From an uncultured Actinomycetota bacterium (lineage in GTDB: Bacteria > Actinomycetota > Actinomycetes > Actinomycetales > Cellulomonadaceae): a stretch of DNA of 64,000 nt. The stretch lies in contig CAVYNN010000007.1 in the NCBI GenBank assembly GCA_963769855.1, forward strand, positions 558-64,557, read 5' to 3'. The translations under genes and the position numbers were made by a program. Shown here in pieces: positions 1 to 10,919 of the stretch (the first letter of the stretch is position 1; the number at the start of each line of letters is the position of its first letter). The notes under the pieces were generated by a model. That model saw only the letters and a list, made by a program, of their open reading frames with translations, searched no databases and was not told the origin of the DNA.

Positions 1-2041
1 GCCATCGGCTACGGCATCCGGTACGAGTACGGCATCTTCCGCCAGACGTTCGTCGACGGCTTCCAGGTGGAGCAGCCGGACACGTGGCTCGCGCTCGGTG
101 CGCCGTGGGAGTTCCCGCACCCCGAGAAGGCGGTCACGGTCGGCTTCGGCGGGCGTTCCGAGCAGTACGTGGACGACGCAGGGCCGTCACCGGACCCGGT
201 GGACCCCGGCGTGGAACGTGCAGGGCATCCCCTACAACTACATGGTCCCCGGCTACCGCAACGGCCGCGTCAACACCCTGCGGCTGTGGAGCGCGGAGGC
301 GACCAAGGCCTTCGACCTGCAGATCTTCAACGAGGGCGACTACGTCGAGGCGGCCCGCGCCCAGACGTTCGCGGAGAACATCTCCAAGGTGCTCTACCCC
401 GAGGACTCCACGCCGCAGGGCAAGGAGCTGCGGCTGCAGCAGCAGTACTTCTTCGTCGCCTGCTCCATCTCGGACTTCCTGCACGAGGTGCTGCCGGCAG
501 GGTTCGACCTGCACCGGCTGCCGGAGCGGATCATCTTCCAGCTCAACGACACCCACCCGGTGATCGCCATCCCCGAGCTGATGCGCGTGCTGGTCGACGA
601 GGAGGGCTTCGACTGGGACGAGGCCTGGGCGATCACCCGGCAGTGCTTCGCCTACACCTGCCACACGCTGCTCCCCGAGGCGCTCGAGGTGTGGCCGGTC
701 GACCTGCTGGGCCGGCTGCTGCCGCGCCACCTGGAGATCATCTTCCGGATCAACGACGACTTCCTCGACGAGGTCCGGGCCCGGTACCCCGGTGACGCCG
801 ACCGGGTCCGGCGGATGTCGATCGTCGGCGAGGGGCAGTCGCGAACCGTGCGGATGGCGCACCTGGCGACCGTCGCCTCGGTCAAGGTCAACGGGGTGGC
901 CGAGCTGCACAGCCGGCTGCTCCGCGAGCGGCTGCTCGGTGACTTCGCCGAGTTCTGGCCGGACCGGTTCACCAACGTCACCAACGGCGTCACGCCCCGG
1001 CGGTTCGTCCGGCTGTCCAACCCGCCGCTCTCGGCCCTCATCGACGAGGCGATCGGCGAGGGCTGGATCACCGACCTCGAGCGGCTGCGTGAGCTGGAGC
1101 CGCTGGCCGACGACGCCTCGTTCCGGGAGAGTTTCGCCACCGTCAAGGCGGGCAACAAGAAGTGGCTGCGGCACTACCTCGAGCAGCGCGACGGCACCAC
1201 GCTGCGCACCGACGCGATGATCGACGTCATGGTCAAGCGGCTGCACGAGTACAAGCGCCAGTCGCTCAAGCTGCTGCACATCGTCACGCTCTACCAGCAG
1301 ATCATCAGCGGCGAGCTGGACCCGTCGACCGTCCAGCCCCGGGTCTTCGTCTTCGGTGCCAAGGCCGCGCCCGGCTACGAGATGGCCAAGCAGGTGATCG
1401 GGCTGATCAACGCCGTGTCCCGCACGGTCAACGCCGACCTGCGGGTCAAGGGCGCGCTGAGCGTCGTGTTCCCGCCGAACTACGACGTCACCCTCGGCCA
1501 GCGGCTGTTCCCGGCGGCCGACCTGTCGGAGCAGATCTCGCTGGCCGGCAAGGAGGCGTCCGGCACCGGCAACATGAAGCTGGCGCTGAACGGCGCGCTG
1601 ACCATCGGCACCGACGACGGCGCGAACGTCGAGATCCGCAAGCTGGTGGGCGACGACAACTTCTTCCTGTTCGGGATGACCGAGCCGGAGGTCGAGGCGC
1701 TCGTCGCGCAGGGCTACCACCCGGCGTCGTACTACGAGGCCGACCCGCGCCTGCGCGGCGCGATCGACCTCATCGCCTCGGGCGCGTTCGCCGACGGCGA
1801 CCGCCGCGTGTTCGAGCCGGTGGTGAACAACCTGCTCTACGAGGACCGGTTCCTGGCCCTGGCGGACTACGCCTCGTACCTGGACGCGCAGGCCCGGGTC
1901 GACGCCGCCTACCAGGACACCGATGCGTGGGTGCGGTCGGCGGTGCTCAACATCGCGCGGTGCGGCTACTTCTCGTCGGACCGCGCGATCGGCGACTACG
2001 TCGACCGGATCTGGCACACGCCGCCGGTGCCGGTGGCGTAG
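1..2041 (+). pseudogene. glgP: Glycogen/maltodextrin phosphorylase (GT35); 5' end lies outside the window and the reading frame breaks near base 181
   Basis: Frame 1 from base 1 reads AIGYGIRYEYGIFRQ...VGFGGRSEQYVDDAG. Frame 2 continues RHRTRWTPAWNVQGIPYNYMVPGY...LRLWSAEA...GKEASGTGNMKLALNGALTIGTDDGANVEI to TAG 2039-2041. One extra G in GCAGGGCCG explains the shift. Confidence 0.85.
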
Positions 2042-2044
2042 CGG

Positions 2045-2503
2045 ATGGCGGTCGACCTCGACGAGCTGCGCCGGCTGCGTCGGGCGCGTGACCGGATGGA
2101 CCGGGAGTACACGGCGCCGCTCGACGTGGCGGCCCTGGCGCGCACCGCGCTGATGTCGCCGTCGCACTTCGCCCGCCGGTTCCGTGAGGTGTACTCCGAG
2201 ACCCCGTACTCGTACCTCATGACGCGGCGCATCGAACGGGCCGCCGCGCTGCTCCGCCGGGGCGACGTGTCGGTCACGGAGGCGTGCTTCGCCGTCGGCT
2301 GCTCCAGCCTGGGCTCGTTCTCGGCCCGGTTCACGCTGCTCGTCGGCGAGACGCCGAGCGCGTACCGCAGCCACAGGCACGCCGAGCTGCGGCCCGTCCC
2401 CGGCTGCCAGGCGATGGTGCTCACCCGGCCCCGCCAGCCGGCCGGCCGGCGGGGCGGTGCGAAGAGCGGTTTCGGAGAAGCCACCGGGGGAGCACCCGCC
2501 TAG
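2045..2503 (+). CDS. AraC-family HTH transcriptional regulator
   Basis: 152-aa ORF with an AraC-type HTH block: SPSHFARRFREVYSETPYSYLMTRRIERAAALLRRGDVSVTEACFAVGCSSLGSFSARF. Confidence 0.8.
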   Translation: MAVDLDELRRLRRARDRMDREYTAPLDVAALARTALMSPSHFARRFREVYSETPYSYLMTRRIERAAALLRRGDVSVTEACFAVGCSSLGSFSARFTLLVGETPSAYRSHRHAELRPVPGCQAMVLTRPRQPAGRRGGAKSGFGEATGGAPA

Positions 2504-2512
2504 CGTGGGGCC

Positions 2513-2917
2513 ATGACCGTTTCCATCAGCGCCGTGCACGTCCTCGTCGACGACCCCGACGCCGCCCTGGCCTTCTACCGCGACACCCTCGGCCTCACCG
2601 TGAAGTTCGAGGTCGCCAACGGCGGGTTCCGCTGGATCACCCTGGTCACCGACACCCAGCCCGAGATCGAGATCGTCCTGTCCCAGCCGCACGCCGGCCG
2701 CTCCCAGGAGGACGGCGACGCGATCGCGGCCATGCTCGCCAAGGGCGAGCTCCGGCCGTTGCACTTCGTGTCCGACGACCTCGACGCGACCTTCGAGAAG
2801 GTCGCTGCCGCGCCGGGCGCCTCCGTGGTGGAGGAACCGACAAACCAGCCCTGGGGCGTCCGCGACGGGGCCGTGCGCGACCCGGCGGGCAACTTCATCC
2901 GGATCCAGCAGGGCTGA
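2513..2917 (+). CDS. VOC / glyoxalase-bleomycin resistance family protein
   Basis: 134 aa. N-terminal VHVLVDDPDAALAFYRDTLGL and C-terminal QPWGVRDGAVRDPAGNFIRI are typical of the VOC fold. Confidence 0.75.
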   Translation: MTVSISAVHVLVDDPDAALAFYRDTLGLTVKFEVANGGFRWITLVTDTQPEIEIVLSQPHAGRSQEDGDAIAAMLAKGELRPLHFVSDDLDATFEKVAAAPGASVVEEPTNQPWGVRDGAVRDPAGNFIRIQQG

Positions 2918-2926
2918 CCGCGCCGG

Positions 2927-3658
2927 TCACCGGACCCGGCGGAACACCAGGTCGCGCGCGGTCCGGCCGGCGGCACGGGCCTTCCGCTCGAAGGCGGTCT
3001 CCGGCCGGCCGGTGGCGTCGGCGTATCCCTCGGCGGTGTTCTGAAGGCCCGGGTCGGCGGACAGCACGTCGAGCATCTGCTCGGCGTAGTCCGGCCAGTC
3101 GGTCGCGGTGTGCAGCACGCCGCCGACGACGAGCCGGCTGCGCAGCAGGGCGACGTGCGCGGGCTGCACCAGGCGCCGCTTGTGGTGCCGGGCCTTCGGC
3201 CACGGGTCGGGGAAGAAGGCGCGCACCTCGGCCAGCGACCCCGGCGCGAGCGCCTGCCGGACCAGGTCGAGCGCGTCGCCGTGCCCGACCCGGACGTTGC
3301 CCAGGCCGGTCTCGTCGAGCAGCTTGAGCAGGTTGGCAACACCCGGCAGGTGCGCCTCGACGGCCAGGACGTCACGCGCGGGGTCCGCGGCCGCCATCGC
3401 CACGGTCGCCTCGCCCATCCCGGGTCCGATCTCGAGGATCAGCGGTGCGTCGCGGCCGAACATCGCCGCCGGATCGAGCAGGCCGTCGGGCGTGCGGGGG
3501 AAGGGTGCGGCGTCGTCGTGCACCGAGAACCCCAGGACGGGGAACAGGCGGTGCAGCGCGTCCTGCCGCACCGGGCCGAGACCCACCCGCCGGGGGTGGA
3601 ACGTGCGCACCGGCTCGTGCGGCACCGCGGCGGGGTGGCGGAACAGGTCGTCGGTCAC
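2927..3658 (-). CDS. trmB: tRNA (guanine-N7)-methyltransferase
   Basis: C-terminal 243 aa of ORF 2927..4369. Shows the SAM motif LEIGPGMGE and the TrmB signature FFPDPWPKARHHKRRL. GTG start at 3658 is in frame. Confidence 0.85.
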   Translation of the reverse strand: MTDDLFRHPAAVPHEPVRTFHPRRVGLGPVRQDALHRLFPVLGFSVHDDAAPFPRTPDGLLDPAAMFGRDAPLILEIGPGMGEATVAMAAADPARDVLAVEAHLPGVANLLKLLDETGLGNVRVGHGDALDLVRQALAPGSLAEVRAFFPDPWPKARHHKRRLVQPAHVALLRSRLVVGGVLHTATDWPDYAEQMLDVLSADPGLQNTAEGYADATGRPETAFERKARAAGRTARDLVFRRVR

Positions 3659-3687
3659 GGCACCATCCTGGCGCCGCGACCGAGGCG

Positions 3688-4338
3688 TCAGGCGCCGACG
3701 GTCTGGGCGGACGGCACGGGGCGGGTGGCGATGCTGCCCTGCCCGGCGACGTCGACGCCGACCGAGAGCAGCCGTGCCGTGCCGTCGGGCTCGACCGTCA
3801 CGGTCGACACCGAGGCGTTCGGCAACGCGACGAGCCCGGCTGGGTCGAGCGTGGCCAGCCACGCACCGAGCGCCAGGCCGTGCCCGACGACGAGCACGTC
3901 GCCGCCGGGGTGGCGGGTCGTGATGGTGGCGAACGCCCGCCGCACGCGCGTCATGAAGTCGGCGCCGTGCTCGCCCCGGGGCAGGCCCGGGTAGGTGCCG
4001 GCGAGGATCTCCGGGACGATCTGCGTCCACGGCGCCACCTCCTCGAGCTCGCGCTCGGGCCGGCGCTCGAAGCTGCCGAAGTCGTACTCGCGCAGGTCGG
4101 GGTCGGTGGTCAGGCGGAGCTGGGGGTGGTGCCGCAGCAGCTCGACCGCGGTGCTGACCGCGCGCCCGGAGGGCGAGGAGTAGGCCGCGACGAAGGGGAT
4201 GTCGGCCAGGTGGCGCGCCGTGACGCGCACCCCGTCCCGGCCTGGCCGGGTGAGCGGGGAGTCGCAGCTGCCCTGGATCAGCTGACGCTGGTTGAAGTGG
4301 GTCTGCCCGTGTCGCACGAGCGTGAGCGTGAGGGTCAT
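3688..4338 (-). CDS. Histidine phosphatase (phosphoglycerate mutase-like) family protein
   Basis: MTLTLTLVRHGQTHFNQRQLIQG carries the RHG catalytic motif, and HG recurs in VVGHGLALG. ATG start at 4338 is in frame with the stop at 3688. Confidence 0.8.
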   Translation of the reverse strand: MTLTLTLVRHGQTHFNQRQLIQGSCDSPLTRPGRDGVRVTARHLADIPFVAAYSSPSGRAVSTAVELLRHHPQLRLTTDPDLREYDFGSFERRPERELEEVAPWTQIVPEILAGTYPGLPRGEHGADFMTRVRRAFATITTRHPGGDVLVVGHGLALGAWLATLDPAGLVALPNASVSTVTVEPDGTARLLSVGVDVAGQGSIATRPVPSAQTVGA

Positions 4339-4439
4339 CGATGCCCTTCCTTGTCTGGGTCGACCCCACGATATCCCCGGCTCGGTGACGTTCCGGCGAC
4401 CGTCCGGTGAGCGTGCGGCGAACGGTCGTTCGCAGTGCC

Positions 4440-5033
4440 TCAGTGCAGGGCGGCGTCCTGCGGCGTCGTCCGCCAGTCCAGGAAGCGCACGACGAGGCCG
4501 GCGCGCGACGGCGCGCAGCAGTACGGCCCGGCCTCGAGCGGCACGTCCACGGCGAACGGTGCCACCCTGACCAGGCGCCACGGCTCGCCCTCGGCCCGGG
4601 CCCGGACCACCAGGGCGTCGCCGAACCGGCTCGCCCGGACGGTCACCACACGGCCGGCCCACTGCGGCACGGGACCGATCGACCAGTCGGACCTGCCCCG
4701 GGTGACCACCGCACCGAGCTGGGGCAGCCCGTCGGAGATCTCGACCCCGGCCTTGGCCCACGTCTCGTCGGACGCACGGACGTACAGGCCGGCCTGGTCG
4801 AACAGCGCGTCGTAGGCCAGCGCGACGTCGACCTCGACCGCGGTGCCCTCGGCGAGCGGGGCGAGCAGGGCGTGCTCGGTCCCGTGGACGAAGCCGTACG
4901 CGGTGTGCCGCCAGGCGTCCGAGCCCTTCACGGCCTCGACGAGCAGCGCGTCGCCGTCCTCGCTGGTGGCCACGGGCGGGTGCGTCCAACGTCCGGCGGA
5001 CCAGGGGACGCGGTGCGTGTCGTCGTCGGCCAT
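4440..5033 (-). CDS. DUF1349-like (concanavalin-like) protein
   Basis: 197-aa ORF. The pattern W..P...DALLVEAVKGSDAWRHTAYGFVHGTEHALL resembles DUF1349 from memory. Confidence 0.55.
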   Translation of the reverse strand: MADDDTHRVPWSAGRWTHPPVATSEDGDALLVEAVKGSDAWRHTAYGFVHGTEHALLAPLAEGTAVEVDVALAYDALFDQAGLYVRASDETWAKAGVEISDGLPQLGAVVTRGRSDWSIGPVPQWAGRVVTVRASRFGDALVVRARAEGEPWRLVRVAPFAVDVPLEAGPYCCAPSRAGLVVRFLDWRTTPQDAALH

Positions 5034-5077
5034 ACGGCGAGACTAGCCAGGGCACGTGACCCGGCGAAGGGCCGCGC

Positions 5078-6046
5078 TCAGGCGGGCAGGCGTGCGGCGA
5101 GCCAGTCCAGCACGGTCGCGAGGTACGCCTCGCGAGCGGGCGACGGGGACAGGGACAGGTCGTGCGCGCCGCCGGGGATCTGCACGACGGTGACGTCCCG
5201 GCCGAGCAGGGGGGCCCGCCCGGTGATGTCGCGGACGTCGAGGATGACGTCGGTGGTCAGCAGCCCCTCGTGCGCGTGGTCGTCCGGCCCGCTCGCGCCG
5301 GAGGCGAGCGCGAGGACCGGAGCGAGGACCTCGAGGCCGCGTGCGACTCGGCGGTGCCCGGCCCGGATCGTGCGCACCCACCCGGCGCGCACGGGGAAGC
5401 CGTCGTGCGGCTTCCACCTCAGGTCGTAGTCCCACTCGCCGCCGGTCGCCACGTGCAGCGCGCGGCCGTAGAAGGGCTGCATCCGGCGCACCGGCAGCCG
5501 GGGTAGCACGCGCCCGACGACATCGAGGATCGCGGTCAGCGGTCCGCGCTCGAACGGCGTGCCGTTGAGGTCGAGCCACGGGCTGTTGAGCACCAGCGCG
5601 TCGACCAGGCCGGGCCGCCGGTCGGCCCAGAGCGGGGCGATCAGCCCGCCCGTCGAGTGCCCGTGCACGACGACGACGTCGTGGTCTGCCCGCAGCACCT
5701 CCATCGCCAGGTCGAGCTCCTGGGCGTACAGGCCGATGTCGGTGGTGAAGTTCGGCTCCCGGCCCGGCCGGATCGAGCGCCCGTGGTCGCGCAGGTCGAG
5801 GGCGAAGAAGTCCCAGCCTGCAGCGTCGAACGCGTCCGCGAGGTGGCGCTGGAAGAAGTAGTCGACGAAGCCGTGCACGTGCAGCACGGCGCGCCGGGAC
5901 GCCCGGCCGGGGTGGTCGCGCCGGACGAGGGTGGCGACGGCGGGTCCGAACCCGTCGGGCGGCAGGTCGAGCGTGCAGGCGGACCAGCCGTCCCCGAGCA
6001 CATCGGGTTGCCACACCGGTGGCCGGAACACCCTCGAGCTGGTCAC
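5078..6046 (-). CDS. Alpha/beta hydrolase (lysophospholipase / monoacylglycerol lipase-like)
   Basis: Shows the HVHGFVDYF oxyanion region, the nucleophile elbow VVHGHSTGG and a C-terminal GGAHD. GTG start at 6046 is in frame; the longer ORF prefix is Arg/Pro-rich and looks non-coding. Confidence 0.75.
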   Translation of the reverse strand: MTSSRVFRPPVWQPDVLGDGWSACTLDLPPDGFGPAVATLVRRDHPGRASRRAVLHVHGFVDYFFQRHLADAFDAAGWDFFALDLRDHGRSIRPGREPNFTTDIGLYAQELDLAMEVLRADHDVVVVHGHSTGGLIAPLWADRRPGLVDALVLNSPWLDLNGTPFERGPLTAILDVVGRVLPRLPVRRMQPFYGRALHVATGGEWDYDLRWKPHDGFPVRAGWVRTIRAGHRRVARGLEVLAPVLALASGASGPDDHAHEGLLTTDVILDVRDITGRAPLLGRDVTVVQIPGGAHDLSLSPSPAREAYLATVLDWLAARLPA

Positions 6047-6060
6047 GCACCGATCCTCGC

Positions 6061-6230
6061 ACCCTCTCCCCCCCTCCACCCCCTCTCTCCCGCACCCCCT
6101 CCCCTTCCTCCCTCCCCCCCGGTCGTCGTCGCGAACGCGGCAGTTGGTGTCGAACGCGGCAGTCCTGCCTGCCGCGCTCGCGTGGAACTGCCGCGTTCGA
6201 GGAAGGAGGGGGATGGAGGGGGGAGGGGTT
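6061..6230. repeat. Composite intergenic repeat: a 60-nt pyrimidine tract, a duplicated CGAACGCGGCAGT core with one inverted copy, and a G-rich closing arm
   Basis: 6061-6120 has only 4 purines in 60 nt. CGAACGCGGCAGTT is at 6132-6145 and CGAACGCGGCAGTC at 6151-6164. The inverted copy AACTGCCGCGTTCG is at 6186-6199. GGAAGGAGGGGGATGGAGGGGGGAGGGG is at 6201-6228. Confidence 0.7.
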
Positions 6231-6260
6231 GCTAGGGAAGTTGAGCGGAATAGACTCAAG
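6229..6260 (+). promoter_or_regulatory. Predicted clpB promoter overlapping a HAIR-type (HspR) operator
   Basis: -35 TTGCTA (6229-6234), 16-nt spacer, -10 TAGACT (6251-6256). The inverted repeat gTTGAGC-GGAATAG-ACTCAAG (6240-6260) fits the HAIR consensus CTTGAGT-N7-ACTCAAG. Confidence 0.6.
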
Positions 6261-6305
6261 TTCGGCCAGGTTGCCTTCGCTAGACGCCACCACCAGGAGG
6301 AACGC

Positions 6306-8936
<2,631 letters not shown>

Positions 8937-8940
8937 CGCA

Positions 8941-9048
8941 CCCCTCCGCCCGCCCCCTACGCCGAGCGCACAGTTCGTCGCCGAAGTCGTGTGTTCCGGA
9001 GCACGCTGGCCACGGTCTCGCTGATGAACGCTGCGCTCGGCGGAGGGG
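8941..9048. repeat. Intergenic inverted repeat with C-rich and G-rich arms between convergent clpB and the ABC permease
   Basis: CCCCTCCGCC (8941-8950) is the exact reverse complement of GGCGGAGGGG (9039-9048). The C-rich tract extends back into the clpB 3' end. Confidence 0.6.
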
Positions 9049-9852
9049 TCAGCGGGAGGTGCGCCGGTAGCGCGCGATGGACAGCGGCGCGAACACCCCG
9101 ACCAGGATCACCACCCAGACCAGCGTGTAGAGCACCGGGTGCTGCATCGACCAGACCTGCGGCACGGCCGCGTTCGGGTTCGTGTTGCCGAACAGCTCCC
9201 GCACCGCCTGGGTGACCGCCGACACCGGGTTCCACTCGACGAAGTGCCGCAGCCCGGACGGGAACGACTCCAGCGGCACGAAGGCGTTGGAGATGAAGGT
9301 CAGCGGCATGACGACCATGAACGACGCGTTGTTGATCACGTCCACGCTCGGCACCAGGAGCCCGACCAGCGCCATCACCCAGCTGAACGCGTACGCGAAC
9401 AGGAGCAGCAGGGCGAACGCGGCCAGGGCCTCGGCGAGCGAGGTGCGCACGCGCCAGCCGACCAGCAGCCCCGTCGCCGCCATGATGACCAGCGAGACGA
9501 CGTTGTAGAAGACGTCCGACGCGGTGCGCCCGACGAGCACCCCAGAGCGGGACATCGGCAGCGACCGGAACCGGTCGATGATCCCCTTCTGCATGTCCTC
9601 GGCCAGGCTGGCGCCGGTGTACGTCGCCCCGAAGACGACGGTCTGGGCGAAGATCCCGCCGATGAGGAACTCCCGGTAGCTGACGCCCTGTCCAGGGTTG
9701 ATCGCCCCGCCGAACACGTAGGCGAACAGCAGCACGAACATGATCGGCGAGAGCAGCACGAAGACGAGGATCTCGGGGACCCGCCGGATCTTGACGAAGT
9801 TGCGCTGGGCGATGATGTTGCCGTCCCGCAGCACCCGCAGCACGCCGGTCAC
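9049..9852 (-). CDS. ABC-2 type transporter permease (DrrB-like)
   Basis: 267 aa with six hydrophobic segments and the ABC-2 pattern IIDRFRSLPMSR. The GTG start overlaps the ATPase stop (GTGA at 9849-9852). Confidence 0.8.
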   Translation of the reverse strand: MTGVLRVLRDGNIIAQRNFVKIRRVPEILVFVLLSPIMFVLLFAYVFGGAINPGQGVSYREFLIGGIFAQTVVFGATYTGASLAEDMQKGIIDRFRSLPMSRSGVLVGRTASDVFYNVVSLVIMAATGLLVGWRVRTSLAEALAAFALLLLFAYAFSWVMALVGLLVPSVDVINNASFMVVMPLTFISNAFVPLESFPSGLRHFVEWNPVSAVTQAVRELFGNTNPNAAVPQVWSMQHPVLYTLVWVVILVGVFAPLSIARYRRTSR

Positions 9853-10826
9853 CGGGCCACCCCCGCGGGCTGCCCGGTCGGCGCATCCTCCGCGGCGTGC
9901 CCGGTCAGGGCGAGGAACACGTCGTCCAGGGTCGGTCGGCGCAGGCCGACGTCCAGCACCTCGACGTGGTCGGCCTCCAGGCGTCGCAGCAGGCCGGCCA
10001 GCGACGCCGCGCCGCCGGTCACCGCGACCGACAGCGCACGCTCGCTGATCCCGTCGCGCACCTCGCCGGAGCCGGCGGCGGCGAGCGCGGCCTGCGCGGC
10101 CGGGCGGTCGGCGGCGTCGGCGAGCACCAGCTCGATCCGCTCGCCGCCGATCTGCGTCTTGAGCTCGTCGGCAGTGCCGTGCGCGATGGCCAGCCCGTGG
10201 TCGATGACGAGGATCTGGTGGGCCAGCCGGTCGGCCTCCTCGAGGTACTGCGTGGTGAGCAGCAGCGTGGTGCCGTCCGCGACCAGCTCGCGGATGACGT
10301 CCCACATCGCCAGCCGGCTGCGCGGGTCGAGGCCGCTGGTCGGCTCGTCGAGCACCAGCACGGGCGGTGCCGCGACCAGGGCCGCGGCCAGGTCGATCCG
10401 GCGGCGCAGGCCGCCGGAGTACGTCTTCGTCGGGCGCCGGCCGACGTCGACGAGGTCGAACCGCTCGAGCAGCTCGTCCGCCCGGGCCCGGGCGCGCGAC
10501 TTCGCGAACCCGTACAGCCGGCCGACCATGACGAGGTTCTCGAACCCGGTCAGGTACTCGTCCACGGCCGCGTACTGGCCGGACAGCCCGATCCGGGACC
10601 GGACTGCCTCGGGGTCGGCCCGCACATCGACCCCGGCGACGACGGCGGAGCCCTCGTCCGGCGCGATGAGCGTGGTGAGGATCCGGACCGCGGTCGTCTT
10701 GCCCGCGCCGTTCGGTCCGAGGAGTCCGAGGACGGTCCCTTGGGGCACTGCCAGGTCGAGCCCCGCGAGCGCGGTCACCGAGCCGAACCGCTTGACCAGC
10801 CCGGTGGCCGTGATCATGTCCGTCAT
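9849..10826 (-). CDS. ABC transporter ATP-binding protein (DrrA-like)
   Basis: Walker A GPNGAGKTT, signature YSGGLRRR, Walker B VLVLDEPTSGLD. ATG at 10826 sits 6 nt after GGAGG; the ORF track start at 10856 is an alternative. Confidence 0.9.
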   Translation of the reverse strand: MTDMITATGLVKRFGSVTALAGLDLAVPQGTVLGLLGPNGAGKTTAVRILTTLIAPDEGSAVVAGVDVRADPEAVRSRIGLSGQYAAVDEYLTGFENLVMVGRLYGFAKSRARARADELLERFDLVDVGRRPTKTYSGGLRRRIDLAAALVAAPPVLVLDEPTSGLDPRSRLAMWDVIRELVADGTTLLLTTQYLEEADRLAHQILVIDHGLAIAHGTADELKTQIGGERIELVLADAADRPAAQAALAAAGSGEVRDGISERALSVAVTGGAASLAGLLRRLEADHVEVLDVGLRRPTLDDVFLALTGHAAEDAPTGQPAGVAR

Positions 10827-10919
10827 GGCTGCACCTCCGTGATGACGTGGTGTCACCTACGGTGCCATGGACCACCGACACGACGGAACGCCTTTCCGCC
10901 GTGGGCGGAGCGCCGCAGG

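Noticed and set aside
134-2764. 876-aa ORF antisense to glgP. Similar long antisense or offset ORFs occur at 5043..7391, 7503..8834, 13864..16659, 24258..27212, 28823..31960, 33256..36231 and 49204..52218.
   Set aside because: Their translations are Arg/Pro/Gly/Ala-rich with no motifs, and each lies opposite a gene with clear family signatures. Long open antisense frames are expected in high-GC DNA because stop codons are rare.
6061-6230. Possible CRISPR array or other spaced-repeat locus.
   Set aside because: The repeats are few (two direct and one inverted copy of a 14-mer), unevenly spaced, and embedded in homopurine/homopyrimidine tracts. There is no repeat-spacer periodicity and no cas genes anywhere in the window.
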